From Batkoa obscura (lineage: Eukaryota), in the NCBI GenBank assembly GCA_030770535.1, contig JASVEC010000011.1, positions 868,001 to 932,000 of the forward strand: a DNA stretch of 64,000 nt. Direction: 5' to 3'. How positions within the stretch are numbered: position 1 is the stretch's first letter; each line of letters opens with the position of its first letter. The notes under the pieces were generated by a model that did no database searches, was not told where the DNA came from, and worked only from the letters and a program-made list of their open reading frames with translations. Positions 27,637 through 41,159 of the stretch are shown here, one piece after another. The translations under genes and the position numbers were made by a program.

Positions 27637-28342
27637 TGTTTTTTGTTTTATTTTTATTGATTTTTGTTAATTTAAATGAAAAATGAGGTTTTAAACTCCT
27701 ATTTACTTCTTTATTAAGGGCTTTGATCCCTTTCATTTGGAAAAAATAGTTTATCCCTTATCTTTTTCCTTTTGTCATGAAAATGATGTCATTAGCTTAC
27801 CAGTTTTGGAACTTATTTGATACGTGGAATCTTAATCATAAACAAAGTACAAAAATGACATGATAACAAAACATGTATTATATATAATATACTCATTAAA
27901 GTGCTTCATATGAGCTAATGTAAAGTTATTATTGCTCAGCTTACACATTTATTTTAAAAGCTATTAATTTGACTTCACGACCAATATCTTAAACACTAGA
28001 TAAGTGACAACTACCAATCTTAAAAAAACAAATAAGCCACCTTAACCCAATCAGAGCTTTCCATTTTCATAAATCTATTGAATAAAGGTTCTAAGCATAT
28101 TAAATAATATCGAAAGCTGGATTTTTTAGAAGTTCGATCAATTTGGCTTTTTTTATTTAGAATTATCATATTCACTCTTATAATTCTATTTATATTATTT
28201 TTTTATAAATAACATAGCTATTTACTATTTAAATTCCTGTATAGGTACATTAAAATAATTTATTACTATATCCTTGTGTAGTAAGAACTATCACAACCTA
28301 TTTTATTAATAGTAGTAATTACAAAAGCGATACTTAGTGTAC

Positions 28343-29754
28343 TTAACTCAAGATGTACCCAGTGTATCACTGTATTTTTTTAACTTCATTATAAAGCTTT
28401 CTATTCTCAACAGGAGTAATAATTATTAGTAGAGCTGTCAACTTGGAACCCAAAATATCAGATTTTTGTGAGAAAATATCGAAAGGATTAAAACAAATCT
28501 TAAGAGGAGCCAAGTCGCTCCCAATAATGACTTTGCAGTATTTGCTGTTGGTGCTAATATTTGATGTGTCGAGGAGAGAAGGTGTAGAAGCATCACTAAC
28601 TTGATCGTTGGTATTCATAAGCTTGAAATTTTCAATTTTAATTACTTCAAGGTTCAGAAATGAGAATGAAAAATAATCAAAATCTCCAAATAAATATATA
28701 AAATAATCTATGTCAATCTATTTTATATACTTATATTTTATAAAACTACTTCTGGGATTAAACCTAACAATCTTTTAGTTTTATTAAAATACTTGAGTTG
28801 AATTCTCTGAATATTTGGTAGCAAAGAAATTGATTTTAATAATTTTACTGACACTTCTTTAACATGTACTTCATTTAAGCTTGATAACTTCATAAAATTG
28901 TGATTAAATTGATACTTAAAATCGGAATGGCCTAAAGTAACGATTTTGCCACCTTCTATTATCACACAACTCAAAAAATTCACCATTATAATCAATTTTA
29001 CAGTCTTTAAGTTTCTTAAATCTTCAAGGCAGCTGATATTGAAATCTCGAAATTGGCCTTTGATCTCTAATCCTAAGTTGGGTACAAAATTTACATTGGG
29101 ATCAAATCAAGAAGGAGTAGCAACGTTATCAAAAGTTTCCGATTTTAGTACTTCTAATACATTAAGTTTTACTTTAAATATATCTAATCTATCAAGGATT
29201 AAAGCATCGTTGGAATATATTGTAAGTGACTTTAATTTACTTGGGCTGAAGTCTTTGATTAGTTCTTTAATTGCCACCTCAGAGCCAGAAATTATAAACT
29301 CTTCAATTTAATTTAAATAACCTTTAAATATATTCAATGATTGTATATTACTAATGCAATTCGATAACCGCACTAGATCATAATCATTTATGATTAACTC
29401 ATTTATCTCTAATAGTTCAATTTTTACTTCACTACCATCCTTATTGATTATATCGTTTTCTTCGTTATAATCTACTGATACCACATTTGGGCAATAGTTC
29501 AAGTAATCAAGGGTATCAGATGTCATGTTTATATGCTCCACCAATAATCCATTTTTTCTATTGAAGTTTTTTTGATACCCACGATATTCCCCTTTAAAAT
29601 AAATTCCATATACTAAGTTATACTTGATAACATCATTGACAATTTTAAATAAACATTTATTTAAAAAACTATAGTTGAATAGCTCACCCGGGTTTAGTAG
29701 CTTAAATATCCCTTTTAGTAAAATATCTGGCAGTTGATCAAATTTGAGTAACAT
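28343..29754 (-). pseudogene. F-box/LRR-like family copy A, frameshifted
   Basis: MLLKFDQLPDILLKGIFKLLNPGELF start; homologous to 53030-54376 throughout but split over several frames. Confidence 0.8.
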
Positions 29755-29984
29755 TCAAAAATACCAAAAGGGGAAGACTAGAATTTAACTTCTGTCCTAG
29801 TTAATCCAGAAGTATGTTCTTATGCTAATTGAATTGCTAGAATATTGTAGTAATACAAATATCATTGGCCAGGCAGGCGCCACTATCACTTTTACCATCC
29901 CAAAGTATTCAATATGTTTTCTCACATTCCAAATGCCCATTCGAGAATCAGTAAAAATAAATATCATTAGTGAAAGTTAATAAA

Positions 29985-30310
29985 GTTTATCTAAGAAAAT
30001 ATGAAACTCGATTCACCAAAGAAAGTTGGAATGGCTAAATATAATCTAGAGTATCTGTTAGGAAAATATTATAATGCTAAGGTTAGAACTGTAAATTAGA
30101 TCCTAAAATTATGAAAAATCAAGGTGGTGAAAGCAATATGATGGATCCCATAACTCCGTTACTTAAAAAGTGAAATAACATGCTTATGGCGAACTTCATT
30201 ATTGACATAAATTCATATTTTCATAATCGAACTCTTCCTACTTCATCAATGATTATGCTCAACAAAATAATATTCAGTAGGTCTCTTATTAGACTCGATT
30301 TGATGATTCC
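29985..30310 (+). pseudogene. Decayed partner sequence (copy 1)
   Basis: Similar to 33515-33925 (ENMKLDSPKKVGMAKYNLEYLLGKYYN vs ENMESNLLKEVGIVKYDLWYLVGKDYN); no intact ORF. Confidence 0.45.
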
Positions 30311-30703
30311 AAGGTCATGCTTAAATAATAATCAATCAAGTATAGTATACCTTAAATCAATGATAACTTAATGGAAAGGCGGCTCCTACAATCGTTTTTT
30401 ATCTGCATACCAATTCTCGATTAAACTTTATCTATAAAATCATTATGTTTACTACTATGATTTTATTCATATCAAAATTCTTTATTAAAAAGATAATTAT
30501 ATACTGTTTAATTTCCGTTTAAGTGTACTGAAAATGTTAGTGATTTATTAAAAAAAATGACTTGCATCTATGATATAACAAAAAAAGTATTGAAATTTAA
30601 CTTCGATTTTGAAATCTATATTTTAATAAAAATAGTACACCTAAAAGCCCTATGAACTATTTATTAATGAAATCAATTATAAAATCATAAATCAAATATC
30701 AAG

Positions 30704-31670
30704 TTAATATGAAATATACCAGTTTATTGTTGGATTTTTTTCAATGTCACTATAAAACTTCTTATCCTTAGCAGAAGCAATAATTAACAACGGAGTTGTC
30801 AACTTGTAACCTAAAATATTAGACTCATGTGAAAGTTTTTCTAAAGGATTAAAACAAGTCTTAAAGGAAGCTATGACACTTGCTAATGGCTTCATAGCGT
30901 TTGTTATTGGTGCTAAAATCTTCGATGTATCAAAAAAAATGTTTATAAAAACAGTCTTTGTTATTGGTGCTAAAATGTTTGATGTGTCAACAAGCGAGGC
31001 TTTAAGAGTATTAACCTTAATATCAGTATCTATAAGTTTAAAATATCATATTTTAATTACTTCAAGATTCGGGAATAAAAACAAAAAACAACCAAAATCT
31101 TTAATGGAATCGGTAAATTTACTCATTTCAATTTCTTCAACAAAGTGACATTTATTCAACTCATTTCTATAGTCATAATTATCAAATAAATTTTTGATAT
31201 TAAAATATTGGCTAAAGTGAAGTAGTTTTTGAACATTAGGGGATATATTTTTGTTTAAAAATTTTACTAATAATTTTTCCACTCAAATAGCGCTTAAAAA
31301 TGAAAAAAGTGATGAAACCAAAAAATATCCCCATTTGGTAATATACAAATTATTTCGAATAGTGTTGTAGATACTTTTCTAGCATATACTTTTTTAAGGC
31401 TAATACTTCAGAGAATTTCTGATTAAACTGATAATTAAAATTAAAGTGACCTAATATAATAACGTTACTGCCTTCAATTAATCCCATTTTATATCTGCTA
31501 TCTGCTCTTTCAAAAAACCTACCAGAATAATCAATTAATTTTACGTTTTTCAATCTCCTTAAATCTCTAACACAACCAATATCAAGATCATTAAACTCCC
31601 CTCTAATTACTAATTCTAAATTAGTGTTAAAGTTTATATAGGGATTGAATCCTTTAGGAGTAATAACCAA
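30704..31670 (-). pseudogene. F-box/LRR-like family copy B, 3' part only, MITE-disrupted
   Basis: NFNTNLELVIRGEF...LGHFNF, FPNLEVIKI, LTTPLLII...INWY match the intact paralog. Confidence 0.75.
31239..31332 (+). mobile_element. MITE family 1 copy inserted in F-box copy B
   Basis: atta-ggggatat...atatcccc-attt; paralogous empty site gacatttggtaat at ~31911. Confidence 0.88.
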
Positions 31671-32856
31671 TAATGGAGTAGTAAGGTTATGATCTATTTA
31701 ATCATAATGATATATTTCAAAACCATGACTACTTCTAAAGACTTCAAGGCTTGGGAATGAAGATAAGAGATATGTAAGGACTTTAAATCTATCTTGATAA
31801 TAGTCTATTTGAATTTCATTTATAAATTCGCACTTAAGCATATTATATTCAACATCTAATCCGATTACCTATTGATCAATTTTACTATAATCATTTATTT
31901 GGAATTTCCTGACATTTGGTAATAAAGAAATGGACTTTAATAATTACATTGGTGTTTGTCTAATACATATATCCTTTCAAGTTGATAGCTTCATGAAATC
32001 GTAACTAACTAGATGTTTAAAATCAAAATGGCCTAAAGTAATAACACTACTATTTTGAATTAATTTTATGCTATTGTCATCATTTATTCTAAAAAATCAC
32101 CACTTTTATACATTAGCTTTATACTTTAATTTCCTTAAATCACCAAACTAACTGATACCAAATTCAAAAGGATCTTTAACTTCCAGTTCTAAATTGAGTA
32201 CAAAATTTACACTAATGTTAGATTCATCAGAAGTAACAGCAATGTCAATAGTTTCCAACTCTCTCAAGGCATTAAAGCCCTATTTAATTATATCTAAGCT
32301 AATAAGATATAAATTGTACTCTGAGCATACTTGAAGTGACTTTAATTTATTTGGGTTGAAGTCTCTAATTAAATCTTTAATAACTATTTCAGATCCTTCA
32401 ATTTCAACGCTTCGATTTGGTTTAAGTAACTTCCAAATAAGTGTAAGTCGTCCATATAGTTCGGAGTGAGTATAACTAATTCCTTTAGCTCTTGTAATTC
32501 GATCATTATTTATGTAATGTTATCATTAATCTCGTTATCACTATTGTTAAGCTCATGTTCAACAGAATGATAATGTATAGATATCAAATTCAGGTATAAG
32601 TTTAAATATTCAATGGTGTCTATTTTTACAATAGTATGTTTCATCAAAGGTTCATTTTCTTTAATAAAATTTATTTGATAATCATGGCGTTCTTCCTGAT
32701 AATAAGTTGAATACACCAAATTGTATTTAATAACATAACTAGCAATTTGAATAAATATTTGTTTAGAAAACGATGCTCAAATAATTCATTTGGATCTAAT
32801 TGCTCAAAAATCCTTTCGAGTATAATATCTGGTAATTGATTAAAGCTGTACGACAT
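31671..32856 (-). pseudogene. F-box/LRR-like family copy C, with stops and frameshifts
   Basis: MSYSFNQLPDIILERIFEQLDPNELF start; colinear with the intact copy up to LTTPLL, where it joins copy B. Confidence 0.8.
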
Positions 32857-33514
32857 TAAAAAGTCAAATAACGAAAAAAAAACAGGGTATCAATTTGCTT
32901 TCTATTTAGTTTATATTGTCCTTGCTCTAATCAAATTTAAATAAAGAATTGATAAAACTAAAAACCGCTAGTCAAATGGCAGGTTTACTGATTATGTATA
33001 ATAAAGCAACCAATTAGCTTTACCCTAATCGGAACAATAACTTAGAATTTGACGTAAATATACAAGTTACAAGAACAATAAAAATAAAACACAACTATAT
33101 TCATGAAAAGGTTATATATCGGATACTATTCCACTTTTCATAAAGCAAACAGGCTAATTACTCGTTAGTATTAAAAGAGAACTGCTAATACTTTTAATTA
33201 ACTTTTTGTTAATAAGATTGACTTACATCAACACACTTCATGTAACTGAGTATTTATTAGGTTTTGTGGTAAAGATAAATGTTTCTCTCTACCCCTATGC
33301 TCCCATAAAGCCCACTTTGAATGGCGTAGACCCTATCAGCCACTGCCTTTAGTATTCATCTTTTTATTTTAGTTGATAAGACACTTGGGTGCATGCTTTT
33401 CAAGAAAAAAAGAATAGATAATCTGTTTTATTAAAATAGTGAGGCTAAGGAGCCTAGTATTATCATAACAGCACAAATAAATAAAATTAATAGAAAATTA
33501 ACTGGGTTGTCTTC

Positions 33515-33925
33515 AAAGTTGATAAAGCTTACCTGTGAAAATATGGAATCTAATTTATTAAAAGAAGTTGGAATTGTCAAATATGATTTATGGTATCTAG
33601 TGGGAAAAGATTATAATGTTAAAATCAAAATTGTGATATTGAGGCCTAAATTAATAGGTATGACCAACTTGACGTTATTATTCTAGAAAATGAAATAACA
33701 TACATGAGCTCATGGAAATGAACGTTAAATAAGAAGCATATGGGGTGTTTTTTTTGACTTCACTCTTTCCATCATCTTTTAAATACTATTTGAGCGGAAA
33801 AACTGCTAGTAAAATTCTTAAACAAAAAAACATCCTTATATTTTTAATGGCCAAAAATGTCCAACTCTATTAATGATAGCAGCTGATAAAATAATATACA
33901 GTACACCTTCCAATAAAATCAATAT
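33515..33925 (+). pseudogene. Decayed partner sequence (copy 2), MITE-interrupted
   Basis: Homologous to 29985-30310 on both sides of the MITE at 33742-33837. Confidence 0.45.
33742..33837 (-). mobile_element. MITE family 1 copy
   Basis: atat-ggggtgttttt...aaaacatcctt-atat. Confidence 0.85.
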
Positions 33926-34024
33926 AGGAATGTATTTTTTTATTTAAGGATTTTACTAACAATCTTTCCACTTAAATAGCTCTTAAAAAATAGAAAAAAT
34001 AATGAAACCAAAAAAAACACCCCC
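33926..34024 (+). mobile_element. MITE family 1 copy
   Basis: atat-aggaatgtatttt...aaaacaccccc-atat. Confidence 0.85.
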
Positions 34025-34265
34025 ATATAACGCTTCCTAAAATTATGTTTTGCTAAGAATTAGTTAAAACTCTAAACCTGATATTGATCTTAGTTAATAT
34101 AAAACAATATATATAGTTGTTCTATATATTTTACCAACTCATCTTTTATCTTTTTAAGACACTATTAGCTTCATTATGATAATTTTATTATATTTACGTT
34201 TTTTTATAAAGAATATAGCTAAAACCTATTTGAATTTATTTACACTCACTAGAAATATCAGTGAT

Positions 34266-34945
34266 TTATTCAAGATTAGCAGAATAACTTTTAGCCTGTA
34301 ATTTCAAATTGAAAATAAAATCAATATTGGGATTCAATTTAATAAGAATATCAATACTGTCAAAAGGTTCCAATTTCAATATTCCCAATGTATTAAATTT
34401 TGATTTAAATATATTTAACTCGTCAAGAAATGAATATTCGTCGGAATATATAAGTAACTTTAGTTTACTTGAGTTGGAATACTTAATCATATTTTCAATG
34501 CTAAAATTTATTTTATTAAGTATTCTAATTTGATTTAATAATCTTTGATTTGATTTAAAAATTGTTCATTATCGTAATCCTCTATAATTAACTTAGTCTT
34601 GTTAATTTTACTTTTGTTTCAGCAGTATCATCATTAATATCATTAGTAATTTCATTATACCCAATAGATGTTATATTTGGGCAATAATTCAAATGTTCAA
34701 TGATATCAGGTAATACAACAACATGTTTCATTAAGGACCCATTTTCTTTAATAAACTTTATTTGATAATAATTGTATTCACCATAATAATAAACTGAATA
34801 TGTTAAATTGTATTTGATAATATAGTTGACAAATTTAAATAAATATTTGTTTAAAAAAGCAATAGTTAAATAATTCATTTGGATTTAGTTGCTTAAATAC
34901 CTCCTTCAATATAATATTTGGTGACTGATCGAAGTTAAGCGGCAT
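34266..34945 (-). pseudogene. F-box/LRR-like family copy D, 5' part only
   Basis: ATG at 34945 gives MPLNFDQSPNIILKEVFKQLNPNELF; frameshifted and 3'-truncated. Confidence 0.75.
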
Positions 34946-36298
34946 TAGAAAATCAAAGAAATGAAAAAAGGATGGATTTAGATTTTTTCTTATTATGTTC
35001 TTATGTTAAATGAGTTTCAATAAAAAATATTGCATTAAAGCTTTAATACTATTGGCTAAATGAATATCATTATCATCTTTATAGTTTGAATTATTCAATT
35101 AGTTTTGTATATATTAAATTATTAATTCGAAATTGATACAAAAGTAAAAGAGTTGTTGATTTGTAAAAAAAAACATTAAATAGTTATTAAACTAATTAAA
35201 GTGATTTAGCTATTACTTATTGTATTTAATAGCACCAAAATAGTAAAAGAATCAAATATGACAGCTTATCATCATACTATCCAATTTTGTTAAGTTATAA
35301 ATAATCTGAATTATATTTTAAAGGTAAACTTTTTTTAAAAAAATAATAGCTGCTTATGGAAAAGTTTAAATGTTCTATGAAAATGCTTTTAAAATGTATT
35401 GTATCTCTGTTAATTTTTGGTATTTTTAATATTTTAATAAAATATCTTTATTTATATACTTTTTAACATTTTAAAAAGAATATTTTTTAAGATCAGCTTA
35501 ATTTACCTGTTAAAAATGTATCTAGAATATTATATCGTTTTAATTAATATCCAATAAATCATACTGAAAATAGAATAAAACTTTGAGTTTTAATTTTTTA
35601 TAATTTTAGTTATTGTTCTTCTATAAATTGGAATGTATTATTCTCGCAAAGGTTATAACAGAATTCGCTTTATAATTTAAACTTTGAAAATAGTTGTATA
35701 ACAGTGTATAGTAAAAATATTGTGATAGAAATCATCAAAAAATTTTAAACATTACTTTTATAGGCAAATATGAAAATTACAAAGTTATTTTAACATATAT
35801 TTACAGCAAATTGATTTTATTATGTTCGAAAATCGTTTATAAGATTGATTTGATACTACTAATTATTATTTTAATAATTTTGTCAAATATATTAAATGAT
35901 CGAGCAATCGGTTAAAAAAATTTCAAAATAAAACTAAGTTCAAATTAAAATAAATCATTTTAAGCCACTCAATTTAATATTCCATTTAATTAAATTTTAC
36001 TGAAACAAAATTCACTAAAAGCAATTGATATCAATTCAATGTAAATTTTTAAAAAAAAGAAGGGAATTTTATTATTAGAAAGCACTAATTATAAGCTAAA
36101 ATAAAAAGAACAACTAAAATTTATTGCCCAAAGTTAAAAAAAGGTATTGAAAAACACAGCCAAAAAAGTGGGGGATCTAGAACTGGGAAGAAAGTTGATT
36201 GGTTCAAATTACCTTACAAGATCTTCCTCCCAACAATTTATTAAAAAGTTGAAAAATTAAAGTTTTATAATTTCAAGTTATTAATTCACTCACTTGTA

Positions 36299-37659
36299 AT
36301 GGGGGCATTATTTTCCTCACTTAAAAGTAGCAGCTCTGAGATCACTCCAATTAGCCTTAAGGTGAATTTAACTAGTAAAAACTATCTTCTTTCTTTATAG
36401 AATTCCTATTAATATATCTAGATCCTACCCCAAACTCAAACGAAAATAGTCATGCCAACATTGCTGAATTTTTAGATACTTCAAATGAACTTTTAGAAAA
36501 ATTTAGAAAATATAAGGGTTGTAGTGAAGAGATAAGACAGGTAAGTTTTTACTCAATAAAACCCTACATTATATTTATTATTTATTTAGGCCATTTCTTT
36601 TCCAACGGATGAAAATCATTTAATTGCTTGGAGTGCATTGCAAGATCCTATTAATCTTACTGTAAAACTGTATAGATATAGCTTAAGCTTAGGTAATACT
36701 AAGGAGAATTATAATAATTGATTACTAAGAATTTTATAGAAAAATCCTTAGTTGAACTATTAGAATTTCTTTGCCAAAATAATAATATATATGGTTCATT
36801 GGAGGAGAACCAATATAGTACTAAGTTATTATTAGATGCCCTAGGCTATGCTTTTACATTTGATGAACTTAAAGTATTAATCATTTTGCTTTGTTCAATT
36901 TTATTTAACATTTGTATTTTTTAGACTAAAAACTCAGATATTCAAAATGATTTTTCATTTTACCGACGTTCTATTAGTAAATTTAAAATGATGGAAAAGG
37001 TTGATTTTGTTTAAAATTAATAGCTGCGATAAATGTTAAATGATCTTATTTTTAGGGCTTAAAAGAAACAGATTTAACTATTTCAGATGAAGAAGCAAAT
37101 CATTTGTCATTATTTTTAGCCCACCATACTCCAATGTTCAATACCGTTTCTCAAACAATTAAAGCATTAGTTGCAAAAGTAATATAATATATACCATATT
37201 ATTATAACTATATTAATTATTTAGAATCCTCCAATTCAAGGTAAACTTGAAAAATTATTCTCTGGATTAGTTGGTATATCTTATCATAAAATTTCTGAAC
37301 CAAGGTAAATACAATATATTTAATATACTCTTAAATTATAATGTTTTATTTAAGTACCAACCCTGGATTAAGAGAGAATTTATTAAGAGCTTTAGTTTCC
37401 AGTACAATACTATATGATAACTTAAGACCTGAAGGCATGTTTGCAAAGGGAACCACGTGTGATGTAATTGAAATTTATAATCAGAAAAGTTAGATTTGAT
37501 AATTAACCACTTATTTAGATTAAATCAATTGTTAAAACAATTCAAGGACATGGTGGAAGAAATACGGAGCATTTAATGAATGGTTTAAGATTCAATCTAG
37601 TGCACTTGAATGATAAAGTAACTCCCAAACATGCAAGGGCACTTTTAGGTGTAAATTAA
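36299..37659 (+). CDS. CYRI/FAM49 (DUF1394) CYFIP-related Rac interactor (multi-exon)
   Basis: MGALFSSL start, YKGCSEEIRQAIS, FDELK, IQNDFSFYRR, NHLSLFLAHHTPM, LRFNLVHLNDKVTPK. Confidence 0.88.
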
Positions 37660-38763
37660 TATTATTTTAGTTAAGAAATAGAATTATTATTGACGGCTAT
37701 TCTTGAATCTATTATAATATAAACGATATAATAATAGATTGTCTAACCCTATCTCATGAAAACCATTTATTATCGAAACTAAGTTTCAATATCCTTCCAT
37801 TTATCTCTAACTTCTTTCCGTAAACTACCTAATCTTTAATTACTTGGAATTGTTCCAGTTATCAAACTCATAAATTGTTATTAAATTGATAAATAATGTT
37901 ATCTTTTTTTATACATTATTCTTTTGTCACCATTACTTAGTACCTTAAACTAACCGTAACTTTTATTTTATTAATTAAACTTTTATCTACTCTTTTGTAT
38001 TGAATTGAATTTGTTGGCTTATTGATTTTATTGTGGAGAAATTTAATTTAGTATTTTTAAAATTTAAAGATTATTTTGAACGTTTTAAAACCATGGGAGA
38101 GTTGAAAGCTCTCAAGTGGTTTATAACAAATATAACTTAAAAGTACTAATGGTGGGCCAAATAACGGCTGTGGGGTAAGTGGTACTTTCTGTGTTTCTAA
38201 ATTTTTTTACAAATAAATATCATGAATTTAATAGTTTTAAGATTTTTTTTTGATCTTTTGAAACACTTTCAAAAACAACATTTTTTTAAAAATGTGTTAA
38301 ATACATTAACTCATCTCATACTTAATAAGAATATATAATTTAAATTTTAATACATTAATACAAAATTGAATAAAGAGGAAAATATACTTAGTTTAGCTAT
38401 TGGCATTAATTTATTATTTTTATATTAAAATAAAATAAAATTTAAAAATTCAAATAATCAAATATTCCAAAATTAGCTAATAAAAATAATGTAAAGATAT
38501 AATCAATAGCGATATAATACAGTAGTTATATCTATCACAGCAAATAACTGCTATTTTATACAAAAAATAAGTCCTATTTAAATTTACATGTATGAAATAT
38601 TATAAATTTTAATATTTAATACTAAAAATGAGATTTTGCAGCTTGAATTACGAGTAAGAAGCTTAAAATTTAAAAAATATCAATGAAATCAAAAGTGACA
38701 AAATAAACGTTCAAATACGGCCATACCCTTCTTTTCTTTTGAGTAATACCTTGAATTGGCAAG

Positions 38764-39379
38764 ATGGTATGTATTATTTCTGCAATAGACTAAGGAACAT
38801 GATAAGCATCGGATAGAACACGATTTATTTTGAAACAAAACTTTTAATAAAACCAATTTCGATGGATGCATGATCAATTTAGCTCTTTATATCAAACTAT
38901 TCTTCAACTTTAAAATAAATAATAATTTTGAAATTGCTAGACCACTAAACGTAGAAATCATGGACGTAATAAAAAGGGACGTGGACACGTTAAACCTGTC
39001 CGTTGCACTAACTGTGCTCGTTGTGTCCCAAAGGATAAAGCCATTAAACGTTTTAACATCCGTAATATGGTAGAAGCTGCTGCTCAACGTGATCTTGCTG
39101 AAGCTTCAGTTTATGAAGGTAATAAAAATATATATAGTGATTAAGATTAAAGCTAATAATCTTAGAATATGCTATTCCAAAGCTTTATGTTAAACTTCAC
39201 TACTGCATCTCTTGCGCTATTCACTCTCGTATCGTTCGTGTACGTTCCGTTGTAGATCGTCGTAACCGTGCTCCTCCACAAAGATTCCGTTTCAACAAGG
39301 TAAAATAATTTGAGTCATGATTTGAATTTATATTGACATAATATAGGATGGTAAAAAGGTTACCCCAACCAAAGCTTAA
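38764..39379 (+). CDS. RPS26: 40S ribosomal protein eS26
   Basis: ATG-only first exon, intron 38767-38940, then [48 protein letters not shown]. Confidence 0.96.
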
Positions 39380-40018
39380 ATTATAAAATTAAAATAATTT
39401 ATAAAATAAGGGCAGTATAAAGGTTTATTATATTTACAATGTTTTTATTTATTTTAGTTTGATTCATTTTTTCAAACCAAATGTAAAAGTTTTATCATTT
39501 AACTAATTTCGTTAGCAAATAAATGGAGAATATTGAGATAAGTAATAGATGAGATGTTAAAATGGGAGATTAAAAAAGAGAATAATTAAGTTAGTAGATT
39601 ATAGAAATATAATATTAGTCAAGGATTCAATCACACAAAGTAGTATATTATAGAAGAGTTTTTTGAGTAGGTAACTAGCGAGTTTAATAATAAATGATTA
39701 ATGAAAAGTAAATATCTAAATACATTTTGGAGGAATCTTGAAAACTTTATCCTTCAAAGATATACTTATACTTTTTTTGAATTAAGTATTGAGTTAATGT
39801 TATATTTAGCTCATGTATTGGTGCATATTAATGCACAAAGATTATTTAAATAATAAAATATATTGAGAAATTTTAATACTCTTTCTTTAGTTATTTAAAC
39901 ATGGTTTTAAATTGAGATTTAATTATTAAGCTATAAAATGTATATTGAATATTAATTTAATTTAGTTCAAATATTCGAACTATAATGGAACAAAGACCTA
40001 TGTGCAGGTAGGTAATAT

Positions 40019-40115
40019 GGGGATATATTTTTTGTTTAAGAATTTTACTAATAATCTTTCCACTCAAATAGCGCTTGAAAATGGAAAAAGTAATGAAGCC
40101 AAAAAAAACACACCC
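40019..40115 (+). mobile_element. MITE family 1 copy
   Basis: atat-ggggatatatttt...aaaacacaccc-atat. Confidence 0.88.
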
Positions 40116-40333
40116 ATATATTAATCTAGTCTCTTTGAAAATCACTAAAAAGATTTAAAAGATTTATATTAAAACGCTAGTTAATCAACTAGAACTATTA
40201 GAGGTATTATAATAGTTATTTGTTATAGTTTATTATTTAGTAGTTCTTTGAAGCAGTTGTAATTAATTTGAAATTGTTTTAGTCTATTATACTTTAAGGT
40301 TAAAAACTTTAACTTTATTGAGCGAATAGCTCA

Positions 40334-41159
40334 TCAAAAAGATATAAACTGAAACTTAGTAGCTTCTTCCACTGTATTGACCTCTTCGAAGAACCCACAA
40401 CTCGCTTTAACAAAATCCAGACAATAATAATTGTTTTTTGCACCTGCTAGAGCAAACGCTACAGGTCTATCGATAGGAATGAGTTGAATACGGTTTCCAG
40501 GTAAAGTTGAAAATCCAATCTCATTATCCTCTGTTGCTACAAGATAGCCTTCTTGCTCATTCCATAAATGATAAACGCGATCATGCTCACGAAACTGGAA
40601 CACAAAACCTTCATTGTATGGGTGAGAGCCAAACATCAAAATATCACCAAAGACACTTGCATTACTCTCCCACAGTTTAGTAATAGGGGATAAAAAGAAT
40701 TGAGCACCAGGTGTATAGAGACTAATGCCATCTATCGATATAAAAGGTAAATCTGCTACGGATGCAGGAGGATAAATAGAAGAAGGGGTTTCACATATAA
40801 TTTGAACGACCATTGCACGCTTAATGTCAGTCTGGAAGCCCATCTCATGATCGAGATAGTGATCTTGAGCACATATAAGGTAAAAGCCTCTTTCATCATA
40901 AGCGTCATCAAAGTATACACATAGCTCATCGCTTGGTGGCTGATCGCTAAGGTGTAAATGATAATCATTCCTGATTAGATATTGATTGTTAGTTATGATG
41001 CAGTAAGTGCCATTATGCGTTGTTGTTATTGAAACTCAATCCAAGTGAATAATGCTCTTTAGTTTTAATTACTTTGTTTTGTTTTGTTATGTCAAAGCTA
41101 GCATAAACTCCACTAATAATAAATCTAAAGCTCTTATTTCTTTCATATAAATCCTCCAT
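40334..41159 (-). pseudogene. Intronless gene for a ~274-aa protein with two beta-rich repeats, broken by one frameshift near 41030
   Basis: Frame of the 169-aa ORF stays open to 41035; an ATG at 41159 opens MEDLYERNKSFRF...HYSLGLSF, which overlaps it one base out of frame. Confidence 0.6.

Noticed and set aside
38767..38940. Long first intron of RPS26 as a snoRNA host
   Set aside because: No canonical C box (RTGATGA) with D box (CTGA) pair found; long first introns are common in ribosomal protein genes
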